Assembly (NCBI GenBank): GCA_030265395.1
Contig: JARFYF010000063.1
Coordinates: forward strand, 106,511,746-106,575,745
Reading direction: 5' to 3'
Length of the DNA: 64,000 bases
Origin: Rhina ancylostomus
Taxonomy: Eukaryota
Shown here: piece after piece, positions 1 to 10,775 of the stretch
Position numbering within the stretch: position 1 is the first letter of the stretch
Layout: the number at the start of each line of letters is the position of its first letter
The notes under the pieces: generated by a model
What the model was told of the DNA's origin: nothing
The model's input: the letters and a program-made list of their open reading frames with translations, nothing else
The model's database searches: none
Made by a program: the position numbers and the translations under genes

Positions 1-75
1 TTTGGAGAAAAGGAGGATGGGAGGAGACATGATAGAGGTATACAAAATATTAAGAGGAATAGATAGAATGGACAG
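1..75 (+). mobile_element. CR1-type LINE fragment (ORF2 C-terminus)
   Basis: Reads LEKRRMGGDMIEVYKILRGIDRMD, matching the CR1 ORF2 C-terminal motif LE.RRLRGDLIEVYKI..G.DR. Confidence 0.75.
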
Positions 76-77
76 CC

Positions 78-200
78 CAGATGGTGTGGGTCCTTAGTGA
101 TGGATGTCACTTTCTTTAGGCACCGCCTGTTGAAGATGTCCTTGATGGTGGGGAGCATTGTGCTCGTGATGGAGCTGGCTGGGTCTACAACCCTCTCAGC
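78..200 (-). mobile_element. Rex1/Babar-like LINE fragment
   Basis: Minus strand reads RVVDPASSITSTMLPTIKDIFNRRCLKKVTSITKDPHH, similar to the Rex1/Babar C-terminal pattern RVV..A..I.G..LP.I.DIY..RC......IIKDP.HP. Confidence 0.6.
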
Positions 201-204
201 AACT

Positions 205-900
205 TCTTCTAATGACTAAAATTCTTCGGTCCTGGAAATATCCTTATAAATCTCTGTACTTTGTTTAGTGCTAATACATCCTTTCTGCAGTGTGGTGATC
301 TAAACAATACTCCAACTGGAGCCTAACTAGTGTTCTCTACCCCTTTTGACACAATCTTCTGTGCCTCAATCAATAAAAGAACTTATCCACTTGTCTTGCT
401 ACCTTTGGGGATATGTGGATATGCACTCCAAGCTCTCTGTTCTTCTGAAGCCTCAATACCCTACCATTTATTGTGTATTTCTTTACCTTGTTTGCCCTCC
501 CCAAAAACATAACCTCATAATTCTCCAACTTTAATTCCATTTGCCATTTTTCAGATCCAACCAATCTATTGACATCTTTCTGCAGTCTGCAGCTTTCTAC
601 TTATTATCAACCACACCACCAATTCCAATATAATCAAACATTAATTAGGCTCTTAAATTTGCCCAAATGATTGAAATATGCTCCAAGAGTACAAGAGAAC
701 AAGCAGAACTCCACAGATGCCACTGCAAACAGTTTTCCATTCACAAAACTACTATGAGCCATTTTGGGATCCATCCTTTTGAATCCCATGGGCTTTCAAC
801 TTTTTGATCAGTTTGCCATGGTGTAATCATGTCAAATACCTTCTAGACCACATCAAATATTCTAATTTCCACAACCCTTCTTGCTATTTCCTCAAAAAAT
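205..900 (-). mobile_element. Degenerate CR1-type LINE ORF2 fragment
   Basis: ORF 370-564 reads EKWQMELKLENYEVMFLGRANKVKKYTINGRVL...ELGVHIH.SPKVARQVDK, the CR1 post-RT region; it contains many stops and indels. Confidence 0.75.
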
Positions 901-1854
901 TATTGAATTAATTAGAAACAGCATATGAAAATTCTTGATTAAATCAATGAGTTGAATGATGATTTATTCTTCACTTTAAGTTCTGACAATATCTTTATTT
1001 TATGTCCTTTTTTATATGATGATACCTCATTGATTGTTACCACTCTCCTTAAGACCATCTCCAACACCACAACCACCCTTCCAAACTCTGTTCTGCTGCC
1101 TCCCCATCTGTAATCCCACTATTATTAGTCATCATTCCTTCAATCACATTCTCTTCTTATACACCCTCACCTCACCATCTCCTTTTACCCCTTTGTAATC
1201 CTTTATCGTCCACTTTTCCTTACTCTCTTGTATATTTTGTTCCTTACACTTGGTACAATTTTATCATGCTAAAAGTGCTATATAGACTTTGATACCAGCA
1301 TTATTGTTTTATAAATTGACTAAGAAAAAGTAGATGCAATCTGATTTGGTAACGTACTGAAAATATTGTAGATGGAAAACTAAGTCACTGGAATATGTGG
1401 CATGTTTGATAAGCAATAACTTTTAAGAAAACTGAACAATGGACTGGGATAATAAACAACAAAATAAAACAAGCAGGAACTAAAAAGAGCAAGATTTCCA
1501 AAATTATACAATTCAGGATTGGTGGGTTTGCATGCAAGACCACAATGCATTCAGAATAAATTTGGAGTGTAAACAGAAGGAGGAACATTAAAAAATAACT
1601 TTTTTATGCAAAGCTTTGTTTGAACATGAATTGGCTTAGCACAGGGCACATTTCAGATAAAGACATTTGGATACTTTAATGAAAGAATGGATAAACATTC
1701 AAATCAGAGAAAGTTGCAGAACAGAGAGAGGACAAAGCCGTGAGATTAGATTGAATTGCCCATTAATTCTCTATGGTTCGACGTCTGGCTGAAAATTACA
1801 TGGAAAAAAAACAGCCTAAACCAAGCAATTCAGTTGAATGTTCCAAAAATATAT

Positions 1855-2190
1855 GACAGTGCAGGAGGCCACTAATCCCCTTGAATCTATACTGGCTCTT
1901 GTGAAATCCCATCAATCCCATTCTCCCACATTTCCCCTGTAACTATTCCATCTTGCATGCTAGTCCATTTTCTACTGATTTTCCTACTATCTGCATGCAC
2001 CAGAAGTAATTTATAATGGCCAATTAAGCTGACAACTTGGAAAGTGGGAGCAAACGAGAGCATCCTGGGGAAGCCCATTCAGTCACAGAGAGAATATGCA
2101 AACTCCAGACAAACAGCAGTTGAGATCAAGGTGCAGCCCGGGTCACTGGAGCTATGCAACTGTAGCACTAACTACTGGGCCACTGCACTA
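1855..2190 (-). mobile_element. Degenerate tRNA-derived SINE with CR1-like tail
   Basis: Body gagcatcctggggaagcccattcagtcacagagagaatatgcaaactccagacaaacagc is a diverged match to the SINE at 5303-5555; tRNA-like head at ~2130-2190. Confidence 0.65.
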
Positions 2191-2651
2191 TGGCTGGTTC
2201 AGAAATATTGCCTTTAAACGTAAATGTATTATTTTCCTTCTGTGTTGCTCCTTATCAGACTATGATTGTTAGATGAAAGAAATATCAAAGCAGCTCTGGG
2301 CCTCTGCCCTCATACGTTCAGTTTCCCTATATGGCTTTGCAGCTCTTCACAGCTGCATGAATAAATAAGAAATTTAGTGCATGGGGAACGGTGCATGTGG
2401 TTCTGTCACCAGTTCACAAATAACCAGTCAGTGCTTCACGCATTCTCAAACAGCCTTAATTGGTGGGATGGTAAGCAAACAGATGGTGAGTCTATTACAA
2501 GTCTCAAACGCTTCAGATGAGTTGTAGTAGCATCATAAACCATTAAGATGGAAAAAAAATAGCTGGTTATATCTGAACAAAATGGTTCTTATATCCTAAT
2601 GCAATTTCATCTAGTTGCTGGTTACATATTAAACTTGCGCAACTTATAAAA

Positions 2652-2985
2652 TTCAAGATTCAAGATTTCTTTATTTGTCATTGTACTGTTGCAGAACAAC
2701 AACACAACAAAATTACGAAGGCACTCCCTTGACTAACAAAAACCAGAACAGCAAATTGATAAAAGCAATTATGACTATAAAATAAAACAAACATACTTAC
2801 ACAAATATANNNNNNNNNNNNNNNNNNNNNNNNNNNNNNNNNNNNNNNNNNNNNNNNNNNNNNNNNNNNNNNNNNNNNNNNNNNNNNNNNNNNNNNNNNN
2901 NNNNNNNNNATCCAGTTACAGATTGTTGTATTCAGGCCCAGGCTGTGGAGTTTGGACACTAATCTGCTGGGAATGACTGTGTTAA
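2652..2985 (-). mobile_element. Rex1/Babar-like LINE (3' tail and RT fragment, interrupted by an N gap)
   Basis: Tandem ttcaaga tail with tttatt at ~2652-2680. Beyond the gap the minus strand reads FNTVIPSRLVSKLHSLGLNTTICNW, a typical Rex1/Babar RT segment. Confidence 0.65.
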
Positions 2986-3449
2986 ATTGGCCACATATTA
3001 CCACAAAAGTAAAGAGCATGGGGGTTAGTTCATCAGCACTTCCAAACTGTATTATTGTCCACAAGTTAATGTTTTTTTTGTAAAGCTAAGACATTTTACA
3101 GCTTACTTGACTTGAAATTGGCTGTGAAGGTTTGAAACTCCTGCAATGAACATTACCAAATTTGGAGGCTGGAGTTAAGCAAACCTTTACAGCAATTTCT
3201 TGTTTTGTTGTTTGTTTTATTCATTTTTTTCTGGGGTTTTCTGCTGCTCTTAATACTGCCTGCATGACATATCTTTTCCCAAATGAGACAACAGTTTTCT
3301 AATGCCAGTCCTGTGCTGGCAACTGTGAACTGTGGAAAAGGAGACTGGATAACCAGCGTTAATTATTCCCCCTTGTCTGTATCAACTCTTCCAGATATTA
3401 TTTTCTACCTCTTTTCTGAAATCTCATTTTATTTTCTCTCTAACTTTTT

Positions 3450-4550
3450 ACTAAGGGTCTCCCCTGGTGATGTATCATTCCTGGGTCAAATGAACAGGTC
3501 AGGAACCTGCTTTCAAGATTCTAAATACCATTCCCATTCCAGCCAGGGGAAGGGTTTAAAATAACTTGACAGGGGGATGGGTACCAGAATGAAACATTAG
3601 TGTGGAGATACAAGCCTGCAATGGACTGAGAAAGACAAATAAAATCAGACGAAAAAATCAGTTTAGAAATAAGAGAATTCAGAATGGAAGACATGTGAGT
3701 GAAAGAAGGTGGGCTTAGATTGCAAATATTTAAATGGCCAAAGCACGGTAAATAAAGTTGCCACTTGTAGCCGCATGGGGGACAATAAAAAATCCAATAA
3801 CCAGGAATTGTCTCAAACAAGAGGAGATATAATCACTTAATATTTCAAGTTATAATGCAACCTTGAAAGCTTGGGGAGATGGAAAAAATGTGTGTGTGTG
3901 TGTGTGTGTGTGTTGGGGGTGGAGAGGGGAGGAAGGAGAGTTGGTAACAATATAGTTAAAGCACTTGAAGATGCTGTTCTTGAGGATTCAAAGAGTGAAC
4001 CCATCTGAGGAGCTGCTGAGCAGCTGGGTGAACACTATAGTCCCAGTAGAAAGTAGGAGGTGGATAAAAGAGCAAATCTGCAGAGAAGTTGCTGAAAAAA
4101 AAGCAAAAGCAAAATATTTATAGTAGTTGTTTGGCGGTTTCATTTATCTTAAAACAGAGAAACCAAAAGTGTCAGGACCAAAGAATAAAAATATCTGAAA
4201 TAGAATGAAAACTTCACTGATCAGTAGCAGTCAAATAAGGAGCAAAGCAGTGCTGGATATAAATTTTGAAAATGAAGTGTAGCAAGTAGAGAATATTTCA
4301 GTGGAAGAATATTTAGGAAACACTGGGGAAAAGAATTACTATTAGTTGTGAGCTTTCCAAGTTTGGTGGTTACCTTTGAAATAGACATATATGTGATATG
4401 ATTCTCCCTTGGGGAATTCATGAGGGAAAGCCAAATCAAACCTTCATGGCGAAGCAACAAGGCTCTCAGTGCTTTAAGAGTAGCATCGGAGCTTCTAAAG
4501 CAAGCACATTCCCCACAGAAAGGACAAAATATTGACAACTGATAAAACCA
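3450..4550 (+). mobile_element. Heavily decayed CR1 LINE (ORF1 end and ORF2 endonuclease region)
   Basis: ggggaagggtttaaaataacttgacagggggatggg (3546-3581) resembles the CR1 ORF1 end. Remnants of the endonuclease motifs VV.GDFNYP, PTR..AVLD and GEHLG.SD appear at ~4120-4330. Confidence 0.5.
3889..3913 (+). repeat. (TG)n microsatellite
   Basis: About 12 TG units seen directly. Confidence 0.9.
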
Positions 4551-5064
4551 ATTCTATGAGACTAAATATTTCTGAATATTCCAGACATTCAAAAAAAAAT
4601 TAAAAGCTGTCAAACTATTAAATATCGTAGATATATAAAAATGTTAAAACTAAATAAAAGCTAAAAATCTAAAGCTCTTAAAAATGCATCAAAACACCTT
4701 AAAAGATCGAAGGTAACAATTCGTACCTAAAGGCATTGCAGCTCTTAACAGTCCATTGACTGGAGTGGCGCAGTTAGCTGTAAATAATCAAAGTGGATGT
4801 GCACCCAATCAGCCGAAGGTTGGAAAAGTGAAGTCTGTTCAAGTTTAAAAATTTGCTTAAAGTTGCTGAGGGTCTGGATCAAAATTGGGATGGGGCTGTT
4901 AGCTGTTGCTTTGCTTCATGCATTCAGCTGGGCTGGTATCAGTCCTTTCTGCTACCTCTTGTATGTGTATTAAAAGATTGCAGCTTGTGCTGCCCCTTGT
5001 TCTGTCTTTTTCTCTCTGTTAATCAACTGGGCAACAGCACCAACTGAGGCAGGTGGGAGAAGAG

Positions 5065-5627
5065 GGGTAAAGAATGGACAGATATGATGAGACACTTTTC
5101 CCCATAACAAAGACATCTAAAACCAGAGGGCTCAGGCTTAGGTGAGGAATGAGAGGTTTAGAGGGGATCTGAGGACAATCTTCTTTCATCCAGAGAGTGG
5201 TTGGAATCTGGAACACACTGCTAAGTGGGTGATGGAGCATGGTACTCTCACAACATAAAAGGCCATGGACTAAGTGTTGGTAAGTGGGATTAGTATAGAT
5301 GGTAAATTTAAACTTTAAACTTTATTTATACAGCATGGTAACAGGCCCTTCCAGCCCAACGAGCCCATGCTGCTGAGTTACACCCATGTTAACCTACTCA
5401 CCCTTTGGAATGTGGGAGGAAACCGGAGCACCCGGAGGAAACCCACATAGTCATGGGGAGAACATGCAAACTCCCTACAGACAGCAGCGGGAATTGAACC
5501 TGGGTCACTGGCGCTGTAATAGCATTATGCTAACCGCTATGCTACCATGCCACCCATGGTCAGCATGGACACGGTGGTTCAAAGGACCTGCTTCTGTGCC
5601 ATATGACTCCATAACTCCATGACTATG
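5065..5627 (+). mobile_element. CR1 LINE 3' end, split by a SINE insertion
   Basis: KTRG/RVVGIWN-like ORF2 end and 3'UTR (taagtgggattagtatagatgg). It resumes at 5556 (atggtcagcatggacacggtgg) and ends in the repeated tail atgactccataactccatgact. Confidence 0.75.
5303..5555 (-). mobile_element. Full-length tRNA-derived SINE
   Basis: Minus-strand head has an A box (TAGCATAGCGG) and B box (GGTTCAATTCC), followed by the body ggaggaaaccggagcacccggaggaaacccac (as read on +) and a short-repeat tail (taaactt)n. Confidence 0.85.
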
Positions 5628-5639
5628 GTTATTGGCAGG

Positions 5640-6330
5640 ATACAAGGAAAGTGCAGATGCCTGTTTGGAGGAGAGCAATTTTTATGCATATTCTGTTGCA
5701 GGAAAGGGCTGGTGGATATGTACAATGATATGCTTGATGCGTTGGGAAGCCTCGCCAAAAGCTTGCATTCACAGAGAAGTCTGACACCAACTTGGCAGAG
5801 AGCTATGTGCGAAGATTGTAGTCCATCTTCCCAGCATGGATTGATAACCAACTCCTTTTGCATGACAGTGGCCTGAGCCATGATGCAACATCTGGTGGTA
5901 GAACTACATTTACCTGCCAGCCACGTGACATCAGGGAGCTGCAGTGAAAGCTCAGACTACTGTCATGCACAATCAGCTGACTGTCCTGCAAGGTGAGTTT
6001 CCTGACATCATGGTATGGAGTACAGAATACCAAGGGTTTCAAAGAGTGTCACTGCAGTCCAGCAATCCGCCTGCCAACACTTTCCTGAGAATGCTGAGAC
6101 CAAAGGCTGGAGGACTAGCAGTGATTCTGTGGAGCATGGATCTGTTTCCTCCCTCAGGAAGACTACCTTTATGCTTCCACTCCTCCTGTGCCCTTGCAGA
6201 TACTTACCAGCCATGACTGTTAATCTGAGATGACACAGTCTGCTGTTGGACCTCTCAAGCTCAGAGCTGCTTGAGATTGTCATCCAAGGCCATCTTTAAC
6301 CTCTTCACTGAAAGTTAATAGCATTCTACC
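5640..6330 (+). mobile_element. Degenerate interspersed repeat, possibly the accessory ORF region of a Harbinger-type DNA transposon
   Basis: GC-richer, coding-like block with broken frames (RKGLVDMYNDMLDALGSLAKSL...) and no splice context. The family assignment is tentative. Confidence 0.3.
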
Positions 6331-8919
6331 AGCTGGCTGCAACCACTGTGTTTTCTTTGCATTGAGAGGCGAGAGGCACCAAAGCTATACACAAGGTTGA
6401 TCAGGTAATTTTTGTCTGCAATATGGTATAGTATCACTCCTAAATTTGGTTCAGAGTGCTTATTTTGTGTTTATTTTAAACTCCATATTTTAGTCAAGCA
6501 GGCACTGTGATGGTCAGGGACAGAGAAGAATTGTGCGGAATAGTTATTGAATAGGAAATTGGGCTTGTGATTGCTGGCATCATATTTTCATGAACTCTGC
6601 TTGGGCAGAAAAGGATAGTCTTTTTTATTTCCCCCTTCTCCCTCCCTTCAGCTGCTTACTGGATCGATGGCGACCAGGATATTGGCAGGTATGCAGCATT
6701 CAAGTTTGTGTGGAGGACTTGAAATTCAGCTGAAACTCCTTTGACACATGGCATACGACTTTGTTATAGACTCTAACAATTTTAAAGAGCTCCACGCACT
6801 GCAGAATTATAGCAAAGCCAGCAGGAAACAAGCAGCACCAAGTCTGTATATAAATGATGATCTATTTAAATGAACGTGGGTCTCTGTGGAAGGTTGGCTG
6901 CCTCCTGCCAATGTATGCCTGTCCCACCTTATGACATTAAGACATTAAGACAGGGCACTGCCTGAATTTCTAACCTCCAAAATGGCAATAATTATATCAT
7001 ATCAGCTTTGCACATTGATTAATATCATGATCTGTTTTCTTTCAGTTCTCATCCACTTAACCACGTGGCATGAAATATATCCATATGTTTTGAATGACAC
7101 TTCAGCACTACTTGTAGCCAAAAAAAACACACATGAAATTGTCATATTTTGCAGCCCTTGTTTTTAGTCTTCTTCTCCTTCTATTGCAGTTTTTCTATTT
7201 TTATGCAGGCATAGCTATCTGGATATTTGGACTTGGAAAAGAGTAATGTATTAAGGTCTTAATAGAAAAGTCTTTAAAATTTATTAGAGATTTGAACAAA
7301 TCCCAGAGAATAATGATGAACAGCAAGAGAACTTTTATTCTAAATATTCAAAGGGACAAAAGGTACTGCTTAAGCATTTTGAATGTGCAGAGAGGATTAT
7401 TTTCATTTTGAGAACAGGTGGTCAATTACCTAAGCTTTGGTCCCTGACAGTTGTCTGCAACAGTTATGATTTTTACTAGGTTAGCAGCATCATTTCACCA
7501 GTTTCTTGGCCATTTTGTCAGGAGGTTGTCCAGTAGCATGCAAATAAGATGGTGCTGAAATGTATTTATTAACTTTTCTTTTCCACCAAAAAAATAATGA
7601 CAAGAAAAACATATAGTCCAAAAGGACTACAGCCAAGAATGCTCAATATTTGACTGAGGTTTGGAGTGGGGTTGGGGAGTAGAGATCAAAGCATAAAAAG
7701 CAAAGTAGAAGTGTGTAAAAAAACAGAATGGAATAAACAACCTTGTACAGAGTCAATAAGGGGTCAGAAGTCTCATAATTACACATGAATGCTTGCAGAG
7801 CTGAGTACCAGTTTAAATGCAAGGAATGGGATTACACTCGAGATGAGCTCCCAAGACTTCAAGATACACCTGTGGCACCCATCTTATTCATCTTTGCCTG
7901 ATATTCTGCCTGCCAAGAGCTTTTTTCCAGTCTGTGGCTCTAGAACTAGTTAGTTTTCAAGGGGATTTAACTCTTCCCAAACCACAAGTAACTCTCAAAA
8001 GGTGAGTTGAACACAAAATATTCCTGTATCCAGTGTGATGAAACCCAAAAATTGTGCATGAAATTAGTGGAAGGTTCACACACACCTACCCATCAAAAAA
8101 AAAGTCAAGTCCCAGGGGCAGGAACTCATACAACCAGCTTCTAATCCAGATTGCAAGTCCTTGCCAAAGCCCTAGTAACTTCAGGGTCTAATTCTTTCCT
8201 GTTTGTCAGCCCTAAGGAGCAGTAGAACAAACATCGCTAATCAGACAGAAATCAATCAAAAAGATTTCACCATTTATGCTCTGACTTAATTTTTGAAGCA
8301 CTGATTGCAATTAAGTAACAGGATATTCAATGCATTTGTCTCTCTCTTTTCCTTTACATGCATAAAATTACAAATTGAGATGAAGGATGGAACATTATTC
8401 CCAAATAAATATTATTTCCCAACACACAGAATCTGAGAGGTCAAAACTATCTGCATTTTAACTTGTCATTAGGATTCTTTATAGCTGACCATGCTAATTC
8501 AGAAAAAGCCAGGTTCTCACCTGCTACCTGCAGAACACCCTTTGGTTTACAAAATCTTTTGGCAATATTGTAAAGAAGAGCTACTTACATGAATTAACCT
8601 CATTGCCACTTGGTGCTCCAACTCAGTAAGGCTCATGAGTATGGTGGAACAATTTAATGTCAAAATGTTGGGTATGATGAAAGAAGGCTGATGACTTGCA
8701 CTACAAACAACAACGATAAAAGATCTGATTGATTCTTATTAGTTTCTATTTATTATTAGCACCTCTTTTATAGTAGTTTTGTGAGTGCACCAAATCATTT
8801 TCAAATTTTATTTCTCAATCTTAGTCTTCTTATGACTAATACCATTGAGTTTGAGGGAACAGATATAATATTCCCTTATTGACAATGATAAAGTAGCAAA
8901 TATTGTGAAGTTGCAAATC

Positions 8920-10405
8920 TAAAATTAAAGCAGAAAGTGCTGGGTATACTCTATGGGGTAGGCATCAACTATGGAGCGAGAAAAGAAAAATCAGTTTGAT
9001 GGCTTTATCATTCGTTATTGCATGATTTTGTTCAGTATTTCCCACATTTTCTGTCTTCACCTCTTTGCTAAGACTGTCCTGAAAATGTCTACAATGCCTA
9101 TTGATGACGCCTTCTGCCAAATTTTCCCTTACTTTTCAATTGTGGATAGTCTTGTTGAGGATAGCAGCTGAGGTAAAGAAGGGAACTTTGTAATACCCTA
9201 CAGAAGAGCTCCTAAAGTTAGCACCACTATCTTAAAGTTCCCTGCTTACATGCAAAACATGAAAATACACCCAACTTTACTTACAATTACTAACCTTCCT
9301 TCACTTTCATTTAGTACATCTCCAACATTTCTTTATTTTCCATGACATTTCCAGGGATACAATATCAATGCATTCACTAGCTCACACCTACCTTGATTAC
9401 ATTTTCTCCTACTTTGTCTCTGACTCTATTCCATTTCTCCAGTTGCTCCATCTCCATTGTATCTCTCTGATGATTCAATGTTTAACAGTTCTTCTAATAT
9501 ATTTTCCATTTACTTTAACTGAGGATTCCCCACTGTTATGATTGACAGGGTTCACAACTTTCTCAGTTCCATTTCCCAGGCTTCTGCTCCCACACCTTTT
9601 CCTTTCTCTCAGAACCATGTTAGGCTTCCCCATCCCACCCACCAGTCATTTTCCATCAATACTTTCTGTGTGAAGCCACCATCAGTCACAGCCTTCCCTC
9701 CCCTCTCAACATCTTGAATGCACAATTCCTCAATTACCCCATTTCTCCTCCCCACCATCACACTGCACCCACCCAAGTAAGTGCAAGAAGTTTCAACGTT
9801 TACTTATTTCCTACCCTTTTTCCAAGTGGGTCAGTGATTTACTTGTACCCTTATTAATTTAATACATTATGTTTACTGTTAACAATGAGGCGAATTCTAC
9901 AGAGACTGAATCCAGATTGAGTGACTATTTCATTGAACACTTTCATTTAGTCTGAAAATGTGACCCTGAGCTTTTGGGTCAGCTTTCACTTTAATTCTCT
10001 GTCACATTTATGCTTTGATGTTGCCCTGCCTATTCCAGTGAATGTCAATGCAAGTTCAAGGAACCTTTCACCACACCTTTCTGTTCGGCATATTATAGTC
10101 TTTGGCTTACAGCACTATGTTCAATAACTCAGATATCAGTTCTGATAGTCCCATGTACATCTCCCCTGGACACAACTCGTTTGCTTTGCACTCCCATCAC
10201 TCTCACCAGTTGATCTATCCTGCCTTCCACCCAATTTGCTTTTCATTTCCTTACTCCCATTTCTCTGCAGATCAAAACTTAATTTGTCTCAAACTCTCTT
10301 AAGTTCTGATGAAAGGCCATTAACCAGAAACATTAATGTTGATTCTCCCTCCATAAATGCTGCCTAAGCTGTTGAGTATTTCCAAGATTATCTGTTTTTG
10401 ATTTT
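8920..10405 (+). mobile_element. Degenerate Penelope-like retroelement with inverted terminal copy
   Basis: Remnants of SH.YLDY.S.H...DSIPFSQ.L at ~9380-9470 and a GIY-YIG-like region at ~9840-9990. The terminal block at 10300-10405 is matched in inverted orientation at 8920-9000. Confidence 0.65.
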
Positions 10406-10719
10406 AAAACGCAACTGTAATTTTGTGCCGATGTGTGAATTGCAATGAAAGCAAAGCTAGATTTTAGAATCATAGACCTCTGTTTTCACAACACCTGGCC
10501 ACATTTCATCTAGTTGATCAGCTAGGAGTCTGTGAATCCCATTATTGACATTGGAGAGGTCCCATTGACCTGAGTGAGGAATGGGATTACTCTGTGACTG
10601 GTATAGACTTGATGGACCGAAATTACCTTCCATGATGGAAGAAAATATGTATATGTGAAATGAGACCATAAAAGTAGAACAAGCAACTAAATTATCTCAG
10701 TTTTGTTCAGACCTGCTCT

Positions 10720-10775
10720 TTCAAAAAACACACATTCTACAAACTCAAGCATGTAAAAGTGGAAGCTTGTTTAAT
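10720..10775 (-). terminator. Candidate polyadenylation signal ATTAAA with downstream GU-rich element
   Basis: The + strand tttaat at 10770-10775 reads ATTAAA on minus. About 20-50 nt further downstream the minus strand reads gcttgagtttgtagaatgtgtgttttttga. Confidence 0.6.

Noticed and set aside
5485-5555. tRNA gene
   Set aside because: The A and B boxes belong to a SINE head; there is no convincing cloverleaf and it is followed by a SINE body.
1-10700. Exons of a neighbouring downstream gene
   Set aside because: No ORF with recognisable host-protein similarity or a convincing splice context; the region is mostly TE debris.
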